Positions 27,226 through 35,465 of a stretch of DNA of 64,000 bases are shown piece after piece (positions within the stretch are counted from its first letter, which is position 1; each line of letters starts with the position of its first letter). Both the position numbers and the translations under genes were made by a program. Origin of the DNA: Actinomycetota bacterium (GTDB lineage Bacteria > Actinomycetota > Acidimicrobiia > Acidimicrobiales > Ilumatobacteraceae); contig WLIV01000003.1 of assembly GCA_009702045.1 (NCBI GenBank), positions 67,591 through 131,590 of the forward strand, in the 5' to 3' direction. A model generated the notes under the pieces. The model saw nothing but the letters and a program-made list of their open reading frames with translations. It was not told the DNA's origin and searched no databases.

Positions 27226-28551
27226 TTAGGCGTTCTTGGGTAGATCGCGGAACGCAGTCACCTTGTCGCTGTTCGGTTCCTTCGGCAGACCGAGCACGCG
27301 CTCGCCGATGATGTTGCGCTGCACCTGGTCGGTGCCGCCGTAGATCGAGGGGCTGGGCGACACGAGTGCTGCCTCGGTGACCTGTCGGTTGAACGGGGTG
27401 CCGGTGGCGGCATCGAGCGCTTCAGCCTGTTCTGCGGTGTATGCGTGCAGCATTCCGGTGGCGCCGAGGATCCGCAGCGAGATCTCGCGGCTGAGGCGAG
27501 CCATCGCCGACATGGAGAGCTTGGCGATGTTGCCGATACCGGGCACATCGTTGCGCCCGGTGACCGCTGCGGCCTTGGCGCGCAGGCTGCCGTACCGGCC
27601 GATCTCGTCCATCGAGTACAGGCGGGTGATGTCCTGGCGCAGGATCGGGTCGTCGCCGAGTCCGTACTCGCGGGCGAGCCGGGACAGGATCGTCGCCGAC
27701 GCACCCGTCAGCGACATTGCGTTGGTCGCTGAAGCAGTGACGCCCACGAAGTCGCCGGCGCGGCGAGCGAGGTCGCCGAACACTGTGCCTGGGACGGCCG
27801 CCGAGAGTGCCGAGTGCCCACCGCCGGCACCGAGGCTGCTGCGCTCGAAGCCGAGCGTTGCATTGGCCACGGCCCAGCCACCGTTGAGTTCGCCGATCAG
27901 CGAGTCGTGGTTGACGCGCGCTTCGGTGAGGAACACCTCGTTGAACACAGCGTGGCCGGTCATCTCGCGCAATGGGCGAATGTCGACCACGTCGCGCTGG
28001 TGCATGGGGAATGCGAAGTAGCTGATGCCCTGGTGCTTGGGCACATCGGCGTCGGTGCGCGCGAGCAGCATGCCCATGTCGGCCACCTGACCGCCCGAGG
28101 TCCACACTTTCTGACCAGTGACGATCCACTCCTCACCGTCGCGCTCGGCCTTGGTCTGCAGCCCGGCGAGATCGCTGCCCGCACCGGGTTCGCTGAACAA
28201 CTGACACCACGCCTGCTGGCCGGTGACGATCGGGCGCACGAAGCGGTCGATCTGCGCCTGCGTGCCATAGGTGGCAATGGTGGGAGCGGCGAGCATCAGT
28301 CCCAATCCGCCCGGTGCGGGCAACGCACCGTGTTCGGCGATGGCGCGCTCGACGCGGACGGCGTCGTTGCGGGTGAGACCTCGTCCGTACGCATTGGCGG
28401 GCAGGATCGGCGACGACCACCCAGCCGAACCCAACCGCTCCCACCAGTCGCCGACAGTGAGGTCGGGGTTCCAGTTGTCCGCCAACCAGGTGCGAACTTC
28501 ATCGACCGGGTCGACACCGGTTCGGGACGCGGTGCTGCTCTGCTCGCTCAT
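27226..28551 (-). CDS. Acyl-CoA dehydrogenase family protein
   Basis: Three-domain ACAD layout (WCQLFSEPGAGSDLAG, TGQKVWTSG, C-terminal IYGGTDQVQRNIIGERVL). Start taken at MSEQSS. Confidence 0.85.
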   Translation of the reverse strand: MSEQSSTASRTGVDPVDEVRTWLADNWNPDLTVGDWWERLGSAGWSSPILPANAYGRGLTRNDAVRVERAIAEHGALPAPGGLGLMLAAPTIATYGTQAQIDRFVRPIVTGQQAWCQLFSEPGAGSDLAGLQTKAERDGEEWIVTGQKVWTSGGQVADMGMLLARTDADVPKHQGISYFAFPMHQRDVVDIRPLREMTGHAVFNEVFLTEARVNHDSLIGELNGGWAVANATLGFERSSLGAGGGHSALSAAVPGTVFGDLARRAGDFVGVTASATNAMSLTGASATILSRLAREYGLGDDPILRQDITRLYSMDEIGRYGSLRAKAAAVTGRNDVPGIGNIAKLSMSAMARLSREISLRILGATGMLHAYTAEQAEALDAATGTPFNRQVTEAALVSPSPSIYGGTDQVQRNIIGERVLGLPKEPNSDKVTAFRDLPKNA

Positions 28552-28567
28552 GAGACAGAGTGTGCCA

Positions 28568-29386
28568 TTACTTGGCGATCGGCTCCGAAGTGGACACCCA
28601 GACATCGACCGTCGCTGATGCGGATGCCTCAACATGTGCGTCGGCGACTCGGGCACCCGACTGCCAGCGAATGGGAGTCATCAGGAACAGATCGCGTGCG
28701 TCGCCGTCGGAGAGTTCGAGTGTGAACTCGACGTGCACGGCACTGCTGGCCTCGGGGGGCGGTTCACTGCGGCGGGCGAGCCGTTCTGCGGTCTTCAGCG
28801 CCGACTCGCCCTGCGGGACGGGTCGCATCTCTTGCAGGTGCCGTGGTCCGGGTGTGGCCGTCACCCACCGGCCGCCTGGTCGCAGCACACGGGCGAACTC
28901 GTCGAACGGGTGCGGAGCGAACACCGAGATCACCGCGCCCACCGAATGGTCGAGCACCGGCAGGCGGTACGCAGTGCCCACGACGTACTGGGTGTCGGGG
29001 TGTGCTCGGGCGGCCATTTGCACGGCGGCCTTGGACACGTCGAGTCCGAATCGTTCGCCGGGCGCGGCCTGCTCGTGACTCAGTTGCGCGAGGTACCAAC
29101 CCTCACCGCAGCCGACGTCGAGGACCGGACCGGGGGGTATGCCGACCGCCTCGGCCAGAGCACGGGCGATGGGTGCGTAGTGGCCCGCTGTCAGGAAGCG
29201 CCGGCGTGCCGCGAGCGCATCGGGGGTGTCGCCAGAGGTGACCGTGGGGCTGAGGCGCCCGCCGACCAGTAGGTGCAGGTACCCACCGCGGCCGCGGTCG
29301 AACGAGTGGCCGTTCGCGCACGTTGCACCGGCGTCGGTGAGGTCGAGCGCACGCGAGCAGTGCGGGCAGGCGAGCACTTGGTTCAC
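28568..29386 (-). CDS. SAM-dependent methyltransferase, RlmA (23S rRNA m1G)-like with N-terminal zinc ribbon
   Basis: CPHC...CANGH zinc site and VLDVGCGEGWY SAM motif. The GTG start at 29386 overlaps the upstream stop (GTGA). Confidence 0.7.
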   Translation of the reverse strand: MNQVLACPHCSRALDLTDAGATCANGHSFDRGRGGYLHLLVGGRLSPTVTSGDTPDALAARRRFLTAGHYAPIARALAEAVGIPPGPVLDVGCGEGWYLAQLSHEQAAPGERFGLDVSKAAVQMAARAHPDTQYVVGTAYRLPVLDHSVGAVISVFAPHPFDEFARVLRPGGRWVTATPGPRHLQEMRPVPQGESALKTAERLARRSEPPPEASSAVHVEFTLELSDGDARDLFLMTPIRWQSGARVADAHVEASASATVDVWVSTSEPIAK

Positions 29387-30378
29387 GGCTGCACGCCGGC
29401 CGCGTGCTCGCACCATTCCCATAGCTCGAGGCGACGCTCGGGTGTGTCGGTACGTCGCGTGCCGGGCACCTTGTGCAGCCCGCGGCGGGCCCGGTCGAGC
29501 CAGAACCCGCCGCTGGTGTGCAGCGGTTCACCGTCGTCGGCTGCGAGCCACACGAGCGTGTCGGCACCTTGTTCGGGGCTGCGCAGCAGTGGACCCATCA
29601 CCTTGGCGAACATCGGCAGCGACGCGGCGACGCCGGGTGTGTCGGCCCAGCCAGGGTGCATTGCGTGGAACACCACGTCAGTGGGGTCGATGTGCTGTGC
29701 CCACATCTCGTTCAGCGTCACCTGCGCCCGCTTGGCGCGGGCGTATTGCTCAGTGCCCTTGTAGTCGTCGCCCATCTCCAACTGCTGCACCGTCAGCCCG
29801 GTGGCGTACATGCCGCCCGACGACATCGTGAGCACGCGACCTGGCGCAGCGACTCGCAGGATGGGGAGCAACAGGGTGGTCAGCAGGAACGGCCCGACCA
29901 CTTGGCTGGCCACCGTGAGCTCGATGCCCCCCGGCGCAGTTCGGCGATCGGTGGTGAGAGCGCCGGCGTTGTGGATCAGCACGTCGAGACGCGGGTGGCG
30001 GGACAGCACCTCCGCAGCCCCGCCGCGCACCGCGTCGAGGTCGCCCATGTCGGCGACCACTGACTCGACGTGTTCGTTGCCGCTGGCCATCGCGATGCCC
30101 TGGCGTACACGTTCGGTCTTGTCCGGGTCGCGGCCCCACAGGATGACGGTGGCGCCGCAGCGGGCCAGTGTCTCCGCAGCCGAGCGCCCGAGGCCCGACG
30201 TCGCTCCGGTGATCAGCACACTTCGACCGGTGAGGTCGTAGTCGGCCAACGGCGTCCAATGATCGATACGCGAGCGCACGTCGTAACCGAGTCGCGTAAA
30301 ACTTGTCACCACTGGTGCTTCGAGCACCTTGTCGACCACCCGTTTCCACTGCACCATCGCATCAGTCTGGCCCGCCAC
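29383..30378 (-). CDS. Short-chain dehydrogenase/reductase (SDR)
   Basis: ITGATSGLGRS (TGxxxGxG), NNAG-like HNAG, and catalytic YARAK (YxxxK). Confidence 0.85.
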   Translation of the reverse strand: MAGQTDAMVQWKRVVDKVLEAPVVTSFTRLGYDVRSRIDHWTPLADYDLTGRSVLITGATSGLGRSAAETLARCGATVILWGRDPDKTERVRQGIAMASGNEHVESVVADMGDLDAVRGGAAEVLSRHPRLDVLIHNAGALTTDRRTAPGGIELTVASQVVGPFLLTTLLLPILRVAAPGRVLTMSSGGMYATGLTVQQLEMGDDYKGTEQYARAKRAQVTLNEMWAQHIDPTDVVFHAMHPGWADTPGVAASLPMFAKVMGPLLRSPEQGADTLVWLAADDGEPLHTSGGFWLDRARRGLHKVPGTRRTDTPERRLELWEWCEHAAGVQP

Positions 30379-30444
30379 CAGCGTGTGCGGCCACGCGGCC
30401 TTGGGCGATGGGGTCGGCGGCGGTGTGGGCCAGCGTGCGGAGAC

Positions 30445-31251
30445 TCAGGCCCCTGGAGTGTCGATCCGCTGGTAGGAGTTCTTGAAGTCGTCCTGCAGCA
30501 CCATCGCGATGCCCTTGGTGTCGTAGACGTCGAGTTGCTCCGTGAGCGTCGTGGTCGTGTACGTCCATCCGGTCGGGAGCTTCAGCGAGGTGCCGAGCGT
30601 GGCCAGCCGGTCGATCGACATCGTGGGGTCGACGATCTGCGCGTACGACTGCATCACGTACTGCACACCGTCGGTGTCGGCGAGCAGGTAGATCTCGGTG
30701 CCGGCGTTGAACGTGAACACGGTGTCGCGGACGACGGGCTTGGCGTGGTACGGCGACTGATCGGGGACACCGGGGCCGAGGTTCACGGTGGCCAACTCCA
30801 TCATCTCGATGTTGCCGAACGTGCTGATGTCGCCGGTTGTCTTGATGTTGGCCGTGATCGAGTCCAGCGTCCAGTGGCGCGGCCCGTTCAGCAGCGCCAA
30901 CAGCGCGCCGCGTTCGGTGGCGATGGCCGCGGCGTCGAGCGCCTCCCAGTCGGCTTGTGGGCACTCGTTCTGCCCCTGGGAACCCCACACATGGGCGATG
31001 AACTCGTCGTCCACCTTGGTCAACAGCAGCACCTCGCAGTAGCGCACGTCGCGCAGGCCGTTCGGGTACATCGCCGACATCCGGCTGGTGGTGGGGGTCT
31101 CGGTCGCCGCCGGCGCCTCGGTGGCGGTCGGGGTGCTCGTCTGCTCGACCGTGGTCGTCGTGCTGGCGGTGTCGTCGCCACATGCGGCGGCGAGCAGTGC
31201 CGCGCCGATCACCAGGGCAGCCATCTTCTGTCGGTACATCTGACAAAACAT
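30445..31251 (-). CDS. Hypothetical secreted lipoprotein
   Basis: Lipobox LAAAC-G and a Thr-rich linker. No recognised domain. The start could be 31251, 31239 or 31224. Confidence 0.6.
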   Translation of the reverse strand: MFCQMYRQKMAALVIGAALLAAACGDDTASTTTTVEQTSTPTATEAPAATETPTTSRMSAMYPNGLRDVRYCEVLLLTKVDDEFIAHVWGSQGQNECPQADWEALDAAAIATERGALLALLNGPRHWTLDSITANIKTTGDISTFGNIEMMELATVNLGPGVPDQSPYHAKPVVRDTVFTFNAGTEIYLLADTDGVQYVMQSYAQIVDPTMSIDRLATLGTSLKLPTGWTYTTTTLTEQLDVYDTKGIAMVLQDDFKNSYQRIDTPGA

Positions 31252-31292
31252 AGCGCACCACGAGTGACAACCGGACGCGTCGACGGAATACG

Positions 31293-32567
31293 GTGCTCCG
31301 CATGGCCATGAACTGCAAGCCGGTGCCCACGCTCGACGAGCGGATCAACGACATTCGCGGGCGTACTGCCGAGATCATCAACAACGACATCCTCCCCAAT
31401 GAGGGCACGCTCTGGGCCGCTCGCCGCCACGACGAGACGGTGAGCGAGCGTGCCGAGGTGTTGGAGTTGCGGGCGTCGATCCAACAGAAGGTGAAGCAGG
31501 CTGGCCTGTGGGCACCGCACCTGCCGACCGAGTACGGCGGGATGGGACTCGACTTCCTGGCGCACGCCTACATGAACGAGGTGCTCTCGTACGCGATCGG
31601 CGCAGCGAAGTTGTTCGGTGTGGTTGCGCCGAACTCGGGCAACCAGAAGATCCTCGTGAAGTACGGCACCGAGCAACAGAAGCAGGACTGGTTGTTGCCC
31701 ACCATCGAGGGCACGATGGAGTCCGGGTTCTCGATGACCGAACCGCACAACCCCGGTAGCGACCCGCGGGCCATCGATACGACGGCCGTGCTCGACGGCG
31801 ACCACTACGTGATCAATGGCCACAAGTGGTTCACCAGCAACGGCATCGAAGCCGACTTCTTCATCGTCATGTGCCGTGTCGTCGACAAGTCGGCGATGGA
31901 ACCGGGCGGCGATCGCAAGACCGGTCCGATGGTGCAGATCATCGTGCCCACCGCCACCAAGGGCGTGAACATCGTGCGTGGTATCGGCGTGTGGGGCAAG
32001 CGCAGCACCGACCACTGCGAGGTGAAGTACGAGGATGTGCGCGTCCCCGTGGCCAACGCACTCGGCCGCGTGGGCGACGGCCACCAGGCTGCGCAGGACC
32101 GCCTCGGCGCCGGGCGCATCTATCACTGCATGAACTGCATCGGTCAGATGTGGCGGGCCTTCGACCTGATGGTGCAGCGGGCCGCGACTCGCCAGGTGCA
32201 TGGCGGGCTGCTGGCCGACCAGCAGTTCACCCAGGGCGCCATAGCCGACAGCTACATCGACATCCAGACCGCCCGACTGTTCACGATCCATGCCGCCGAG
32301 AAGATCGACCAGGGTCTCTCAGCGGCTCGCACCGACATCTCGGCGATCAAGGTCTACGTGCCCTCGGCGTACACCCGCGTCGTCGACCGTGCCATCCAGA
32401 TCTGGGGCGCCGCTGGTGTGTCGAACGATCTGCCGCTGTTCGGCATGTACCAGGGCGCGCGCACGCTACGTATCGCCGATGGGCCCGACGAGGTGCACAA
32501 GATCCTCATCGCCAAGAACGTCCTTGGCCGCTACGCCAAGGGTGAAGGCTGGGACTTCGGCAACTGA
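31293..32567 (+). CDS. Acyl-CoA dehydrogenase
   Basis: SGFSMTEPHNPGSDP, INGHKWFTSNG and C-terminal IADGPDEVHK motifs. Confidence 0.9.
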   Translation: MLRMAMNCKPVPTLDERINDIRGRTAEIINNDILPNEGTLWAARRHDETVSERAEVLELRASIQQKVKQAGLWAPHLPTEYGGMGLDFLAHAYMNEVLSYAIGAAKLFGVVAPNSGNQKILVKYGTEQQKQDWLLPTIEGTMESGFSMTEPHNPGSDPRAIDTTAVLDGDHYVINGHKWFTSNGIEADFFIVMCRVVDKSAMEPGGDRKTGPMVQIIVPTATKGVNIVRGIGVWGKRSTDHCEVKYEDVRVPVANALGRVGDGHQAAQDRLGAGRIYHCMNCIGQMWRAFDLMVQRAATRQVHGGLLADQQFTQGAIADSYIDIQTARLFTIHAAEKIDQGLSAARTDISAIKVYVPSAYTRVVDRAIQIWGAAGVSNDLPLFGMYQGARTLRIADGPDEVHKILIAKNVLGRYAKGEGWDFGN

Positions 32568-32570
32568 CCG

Positions 32571-33044
32571 TCAGCCGGCCAAGGCCGACTTGACCATCGT
32601 CGCGATTTGGGCGCCGTCGGCGGTTGGACCGGCCTTCGCGCGTACGGCACTGACCACCTTGCCCATCGCCTTCATCCCGGTGGCGCCACCGGCGGCGGCC
32701 GCGGCGATCTCTTCAGCGATGATCGCCTGTAGGTCGTCAGCGCTGAGCGCGGCGGGCAGGTAGACCTCGAGCACTGCGGCCTCGGCGCGAGCACGCTCGA
32801 CACGTTCGGGGCGGCCGGCGGCGACGAACGCGTCGGCGGTCTCGTGGTGCTTGCGCACCTCGACGGCGATGATCGGCAGCACCTGAGCATCGGTCAGTAC
32901 GGCCACCTCGACACCCGCAGTCTCGGCAACCGAGATGGCCGACAGGGCTTGGCGCAGCGCCGACAACGCGATCTCGTCGCGGGCCCGCATCGCTGCGGTC
33001 AGCGCGGTCTGCAACTGGGACTTGATGGTCTGCTGCTCGGTCAT
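32571..33044 (-). CDS. GatB/YqeY domain protein
   Basis: IKSQLQTALTAAMRARDE...LSALRQALSAI and a C-terminal MGKVVSAV motif. Confidence 0.8.
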   Translation of the reverse strand: MTEQQTIKSQLQTALTAAMRARDEIALSALRQALSAISVAETAGVEVAVLTDAQVLPIIAVEVRKHHETADAFVAAGRPERVERARAEAAVLEVYLPAALSADDLQAIIAEEIAAAAAGGATGMKAMGKVVSAVRAKAGPTADGAQIATMVKSALAG

Positions 33045-33081
33045 GGTGCCTCCGACGGACGTTCGCCCCCAGGGTAGGGCC

Positions 33082-33161
33082 GCTTCTGGGAAGCCGCAGT
33101 CCCGGATCCCGGGACGGGGACTTCCTAGAAGCCGGGTTGGGACGGTTCCTTCCCAGAAACC
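33082..33161. repeat. Cluster of TTCTGGGAAG...GTCCC motifs arranged as nested palindromes around a GGATCC core
   Basis: GCTTCTGGGAAGCCGCAGTCCC (33082-33103), palindrome GTCCCGGATCCCGGGAC (33099-33115), and GGGACGGTTCCTTCCCAGAAACC (33139-33161). Related to 5964-6040. Confidence 0.75.
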
Positions 33162-33178
33162 GACGTATCGTCAGCGGC

Positions 33179-34039
33179 ATGCTGGGTGCTGTCGGAGATC
33201 TGCTGGAAGATGTGGTGGTTCGATTACACGAGACGGTGAACCACGCCAGCGATACACAGGCCACGGTGTTGCGTCGCCGTGGAGGCAGCGCTGCCAACGT
33301 GGTCGAGGCTGCCGTGCGCGCGGGGGCGCCGGCGCGGTTCATCGGTCAGGTGGGTGGCGACGGGGTGGGTCAGTGGCTCACCGATCAACTCGTGGCGTTG
33401 GGCGCCGAGGTCGTGGTTCGCCGCGAGGGGCGCACCGGCACGATCATCGTGTTGTTGGATGTGAACGGTGAGCGCACGATGCTGGCCGACCGGGCCACCG
33501 CCACTGAGTTGAGCCCGCCCGATCCGGTATGGCTGGACGGTCTGCACACATTGCACCTTCCGTTCTACTCACTGGAGATCGAACCGTTGGCGAGCACCTC
33601 GATGACGTTGGCCGCGATGGCCAAACAGCGCGGCCTCACAGTGTCGATCGATATGTCGTCGGCTGCGGTGCTCGAGCGCTACGGCGTGCCGCGCGCACTG
33701 TCGGTGATCCGCTTCTTACAGCCGACCGTCGTGCTGGCCAACGAACTTGAAGCACAGGTGCTGGGTGAGGGTTTGCGACCGGAACGGCTCGGCGGTGCGA
33801 TGGTGATCGTGAAACGGGGTGCCGAGCCGGCGATCGTCCATCGTGCCGGCGGGGCGTCGGTCGAGGTACCGGCGGTGCTGGTCCCCGGCGTGTCGGACAC
33901 CACCGGAGCCGGTGATGCATTCGCCGCTGGATTGTTGATCGCGCTCGCCCGCGGCGATGACGCCATCGCCGCCGTGCACAACGGTCATGTAGTCGCCGCG
34001 GCCGCTGTGCGGCGCGCCTCGCTGCTGCCCGAGGCTTGA
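33179..34039 (+). CDS. PfkB-family carbohydrate/nucleoside kinase
   Basis: GGSAANV N-terminal motif and C-terminal DTTGAGDAFAAG ATP-site motif. Confidence 0.8.
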   Translation: MLGAVGDLLEDVVVRLHETVNHASDTQATVLRRRGGSAANVVEAAVRAGAPARFIGQVGGDGVGQWLTDQLVALGAEVVVRREGRTGTIIVLLDVNGERTMLADRATATELSPPDPVWLDGLHTLHLPFYSLEIEPLASTSMTLAAMAKQRGLTVSIDMSSAAVLERYGVPRALSVIRFLQPTVVLANELEAQVLGEGLRPERLGGAMVIVKRGAEPAIVHRAGGASVEVPAVLVPGVSDTTGAGDAFAAGLLIALARGDDAIAAVHNGHVVAAAAVRRASLLPEA

Positions 34040-34122
34040 CACTTCACCGCATCAGCAACGCAATGAGCCGCCGCAGAATCGGGCGCCGACCTGCACCCGC
34101 ATTCCGCACGAACCACCGATGT

Positions 34123-35424
34123 TCATGCCCGACGTTGGTGGGCAGCGATCAGGGCGCCGAGGGCGGCCAGCAGCATCACCACGATGCCGACGGTGGTGAC
34201 GAGATGGGGAGTGTCGCCGTAGTTGCTGCCGTAGTTTCCGCCAGCGATCCCGAAGGGCAGATCGCCCGACTGGCTGATGGATGTGGCCCACTGCCACACG
34301 GCGATGCTGAGTGCGCCGAGCGCGAGGCCCACACCCCACCGGCGATTGCTGAGAAACCCGGTTAGCCCGCCGACGGCGATCAGCAGCAACACCAGCAACC
34401 GCAGCAGCAACGTGGCGGGCGGGACGGCGTCGTTGCTGAACTGATCGGCGAACGAGGCACCATGCATCGGTATGAGCGTGCCGCCCACTACGAGCAGCGT
34501 CCCGAGGGCACCGACGAACCCGAACGCCGCGGCGATCGGCGGCTGGCCGTCATTGCCAGCAGACGTGAGCGCGAGCACGAAGGCCACGACGCCGAACGCA
34601 GCAGCGATGGCCCCCAGCCAGAACCCGACCTCCTGAGTGGTGGTGAGCGTGAATGATCCGCCGCCCTTCAGTAACGCCACCTCGCTGCTGTCGAACAGGC
34701 CGGTGACGGAGCCGATCGTCATCGCCATCATCCCGGCGAGCGCAAGTCCGGCACCGCCGGCGAGGCCGCTGCCAACCCGGCGGCCGGTGGCACCGAGCCC
34801 CGCGCCGACCACCAGCAGCACGGCCGCGATGATCGCCCCGACCACGTTGTTCGATGCAAAGTCGTTCAGCGCGTAGGTGGTCTTGGAAATCTGGTCGCCG
34901 GTGATCTCAACGGTGGCGATGTGCGTGACCGCAGCTGCCACCGCCAGCACCGCCCCGACCGAGGAGACGGCCAGGAGCGGGGTGATGCGGAACTGTTCGG
35001 GCTGCTCAACTACGGGTTGCTCACCCGTCTCGTCACCCTGAACGGGCCAGGCGGCGGTGGCGTACGGGTCGTGCCCGTGGCCGACGTGGGCGGTCTGCTC
35101 GACGACCGTCAGCGCAGCGGTGGCGTCCAGAGCTATGTCGTTGAGAGCTATGTCGTTGAGGGTTGTGTCGTTGAGGGTTGTGTCGTTGAGGGTTGTGTCG
35201 TTCGCCACCGTCGGCGTCGCGGCCGCGATCTGCAGGGCCGCAGCGCTGGGCGGAGGCAGGGGTGCACCGAAGGCAGGACCCGTCGCCGAGGATGTTGCCG
35301 GTCCGGGTGTTGCGGGTACGGCAGTGGTGGTGGTGTGTACCGAGGTGTCCACCAGGGCCACGCCGCAGGTGGCACAGAATCGCTGGCCCGGCTGAATCTC
35401 CGTGCCGCATGCCGGACAGAACAT
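34123..35424 (-). CDS. Zinc-ribbon domain membrane protein with pentapeptide repeats
   Basis: N-terminal CPACGTEIQPGQRFCATCG, NDTTL x3 plus NDIAL x2 repeats, then about 7 hydrophobic segments. Confidence 0.65.
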   Translation of the reverse strand: MFCPACGTEIQPGQRFCATCGVALVDTSVHTTTTAVPATPGPATSSATGPAFGAPLPPPSAAALQIAAATPTVANDTTLNDTTLNDTTLNDIALNDIALDATAALTVVEQTAHVGHGHDPYATAAWPVQGDETGEQPVVEQPEQFRITPLLAVSSVGAVLAVAAAVTHIATVEITGDQISKTTYALNDFASNNVVGAIIAAVLLVVGAGLGATGRRVGSGLAGGAGLALAGMMAMTIGSVTGLFDSSEVALLKGGGSFTLTTTQEVGFWLGAIAAAFGVVAFVLALTSAGNDGQPPIAAAFGFVGALGTLLVVGGTLIPMHGASFADQFSNDAVPPATLLLRLLVLLLIAVGGLTGFLSNRRWGVGLALGALSIAVWQWATSISQSGDLPFGIAGGNYGSNYGDTPHLVTTVGIVVMLLAALGALIAAHQRRA

Positions 35425-35465
35425 TGGTCACCCCTTCAACGCCGCACTCTTCGTCGCCGATGAGA

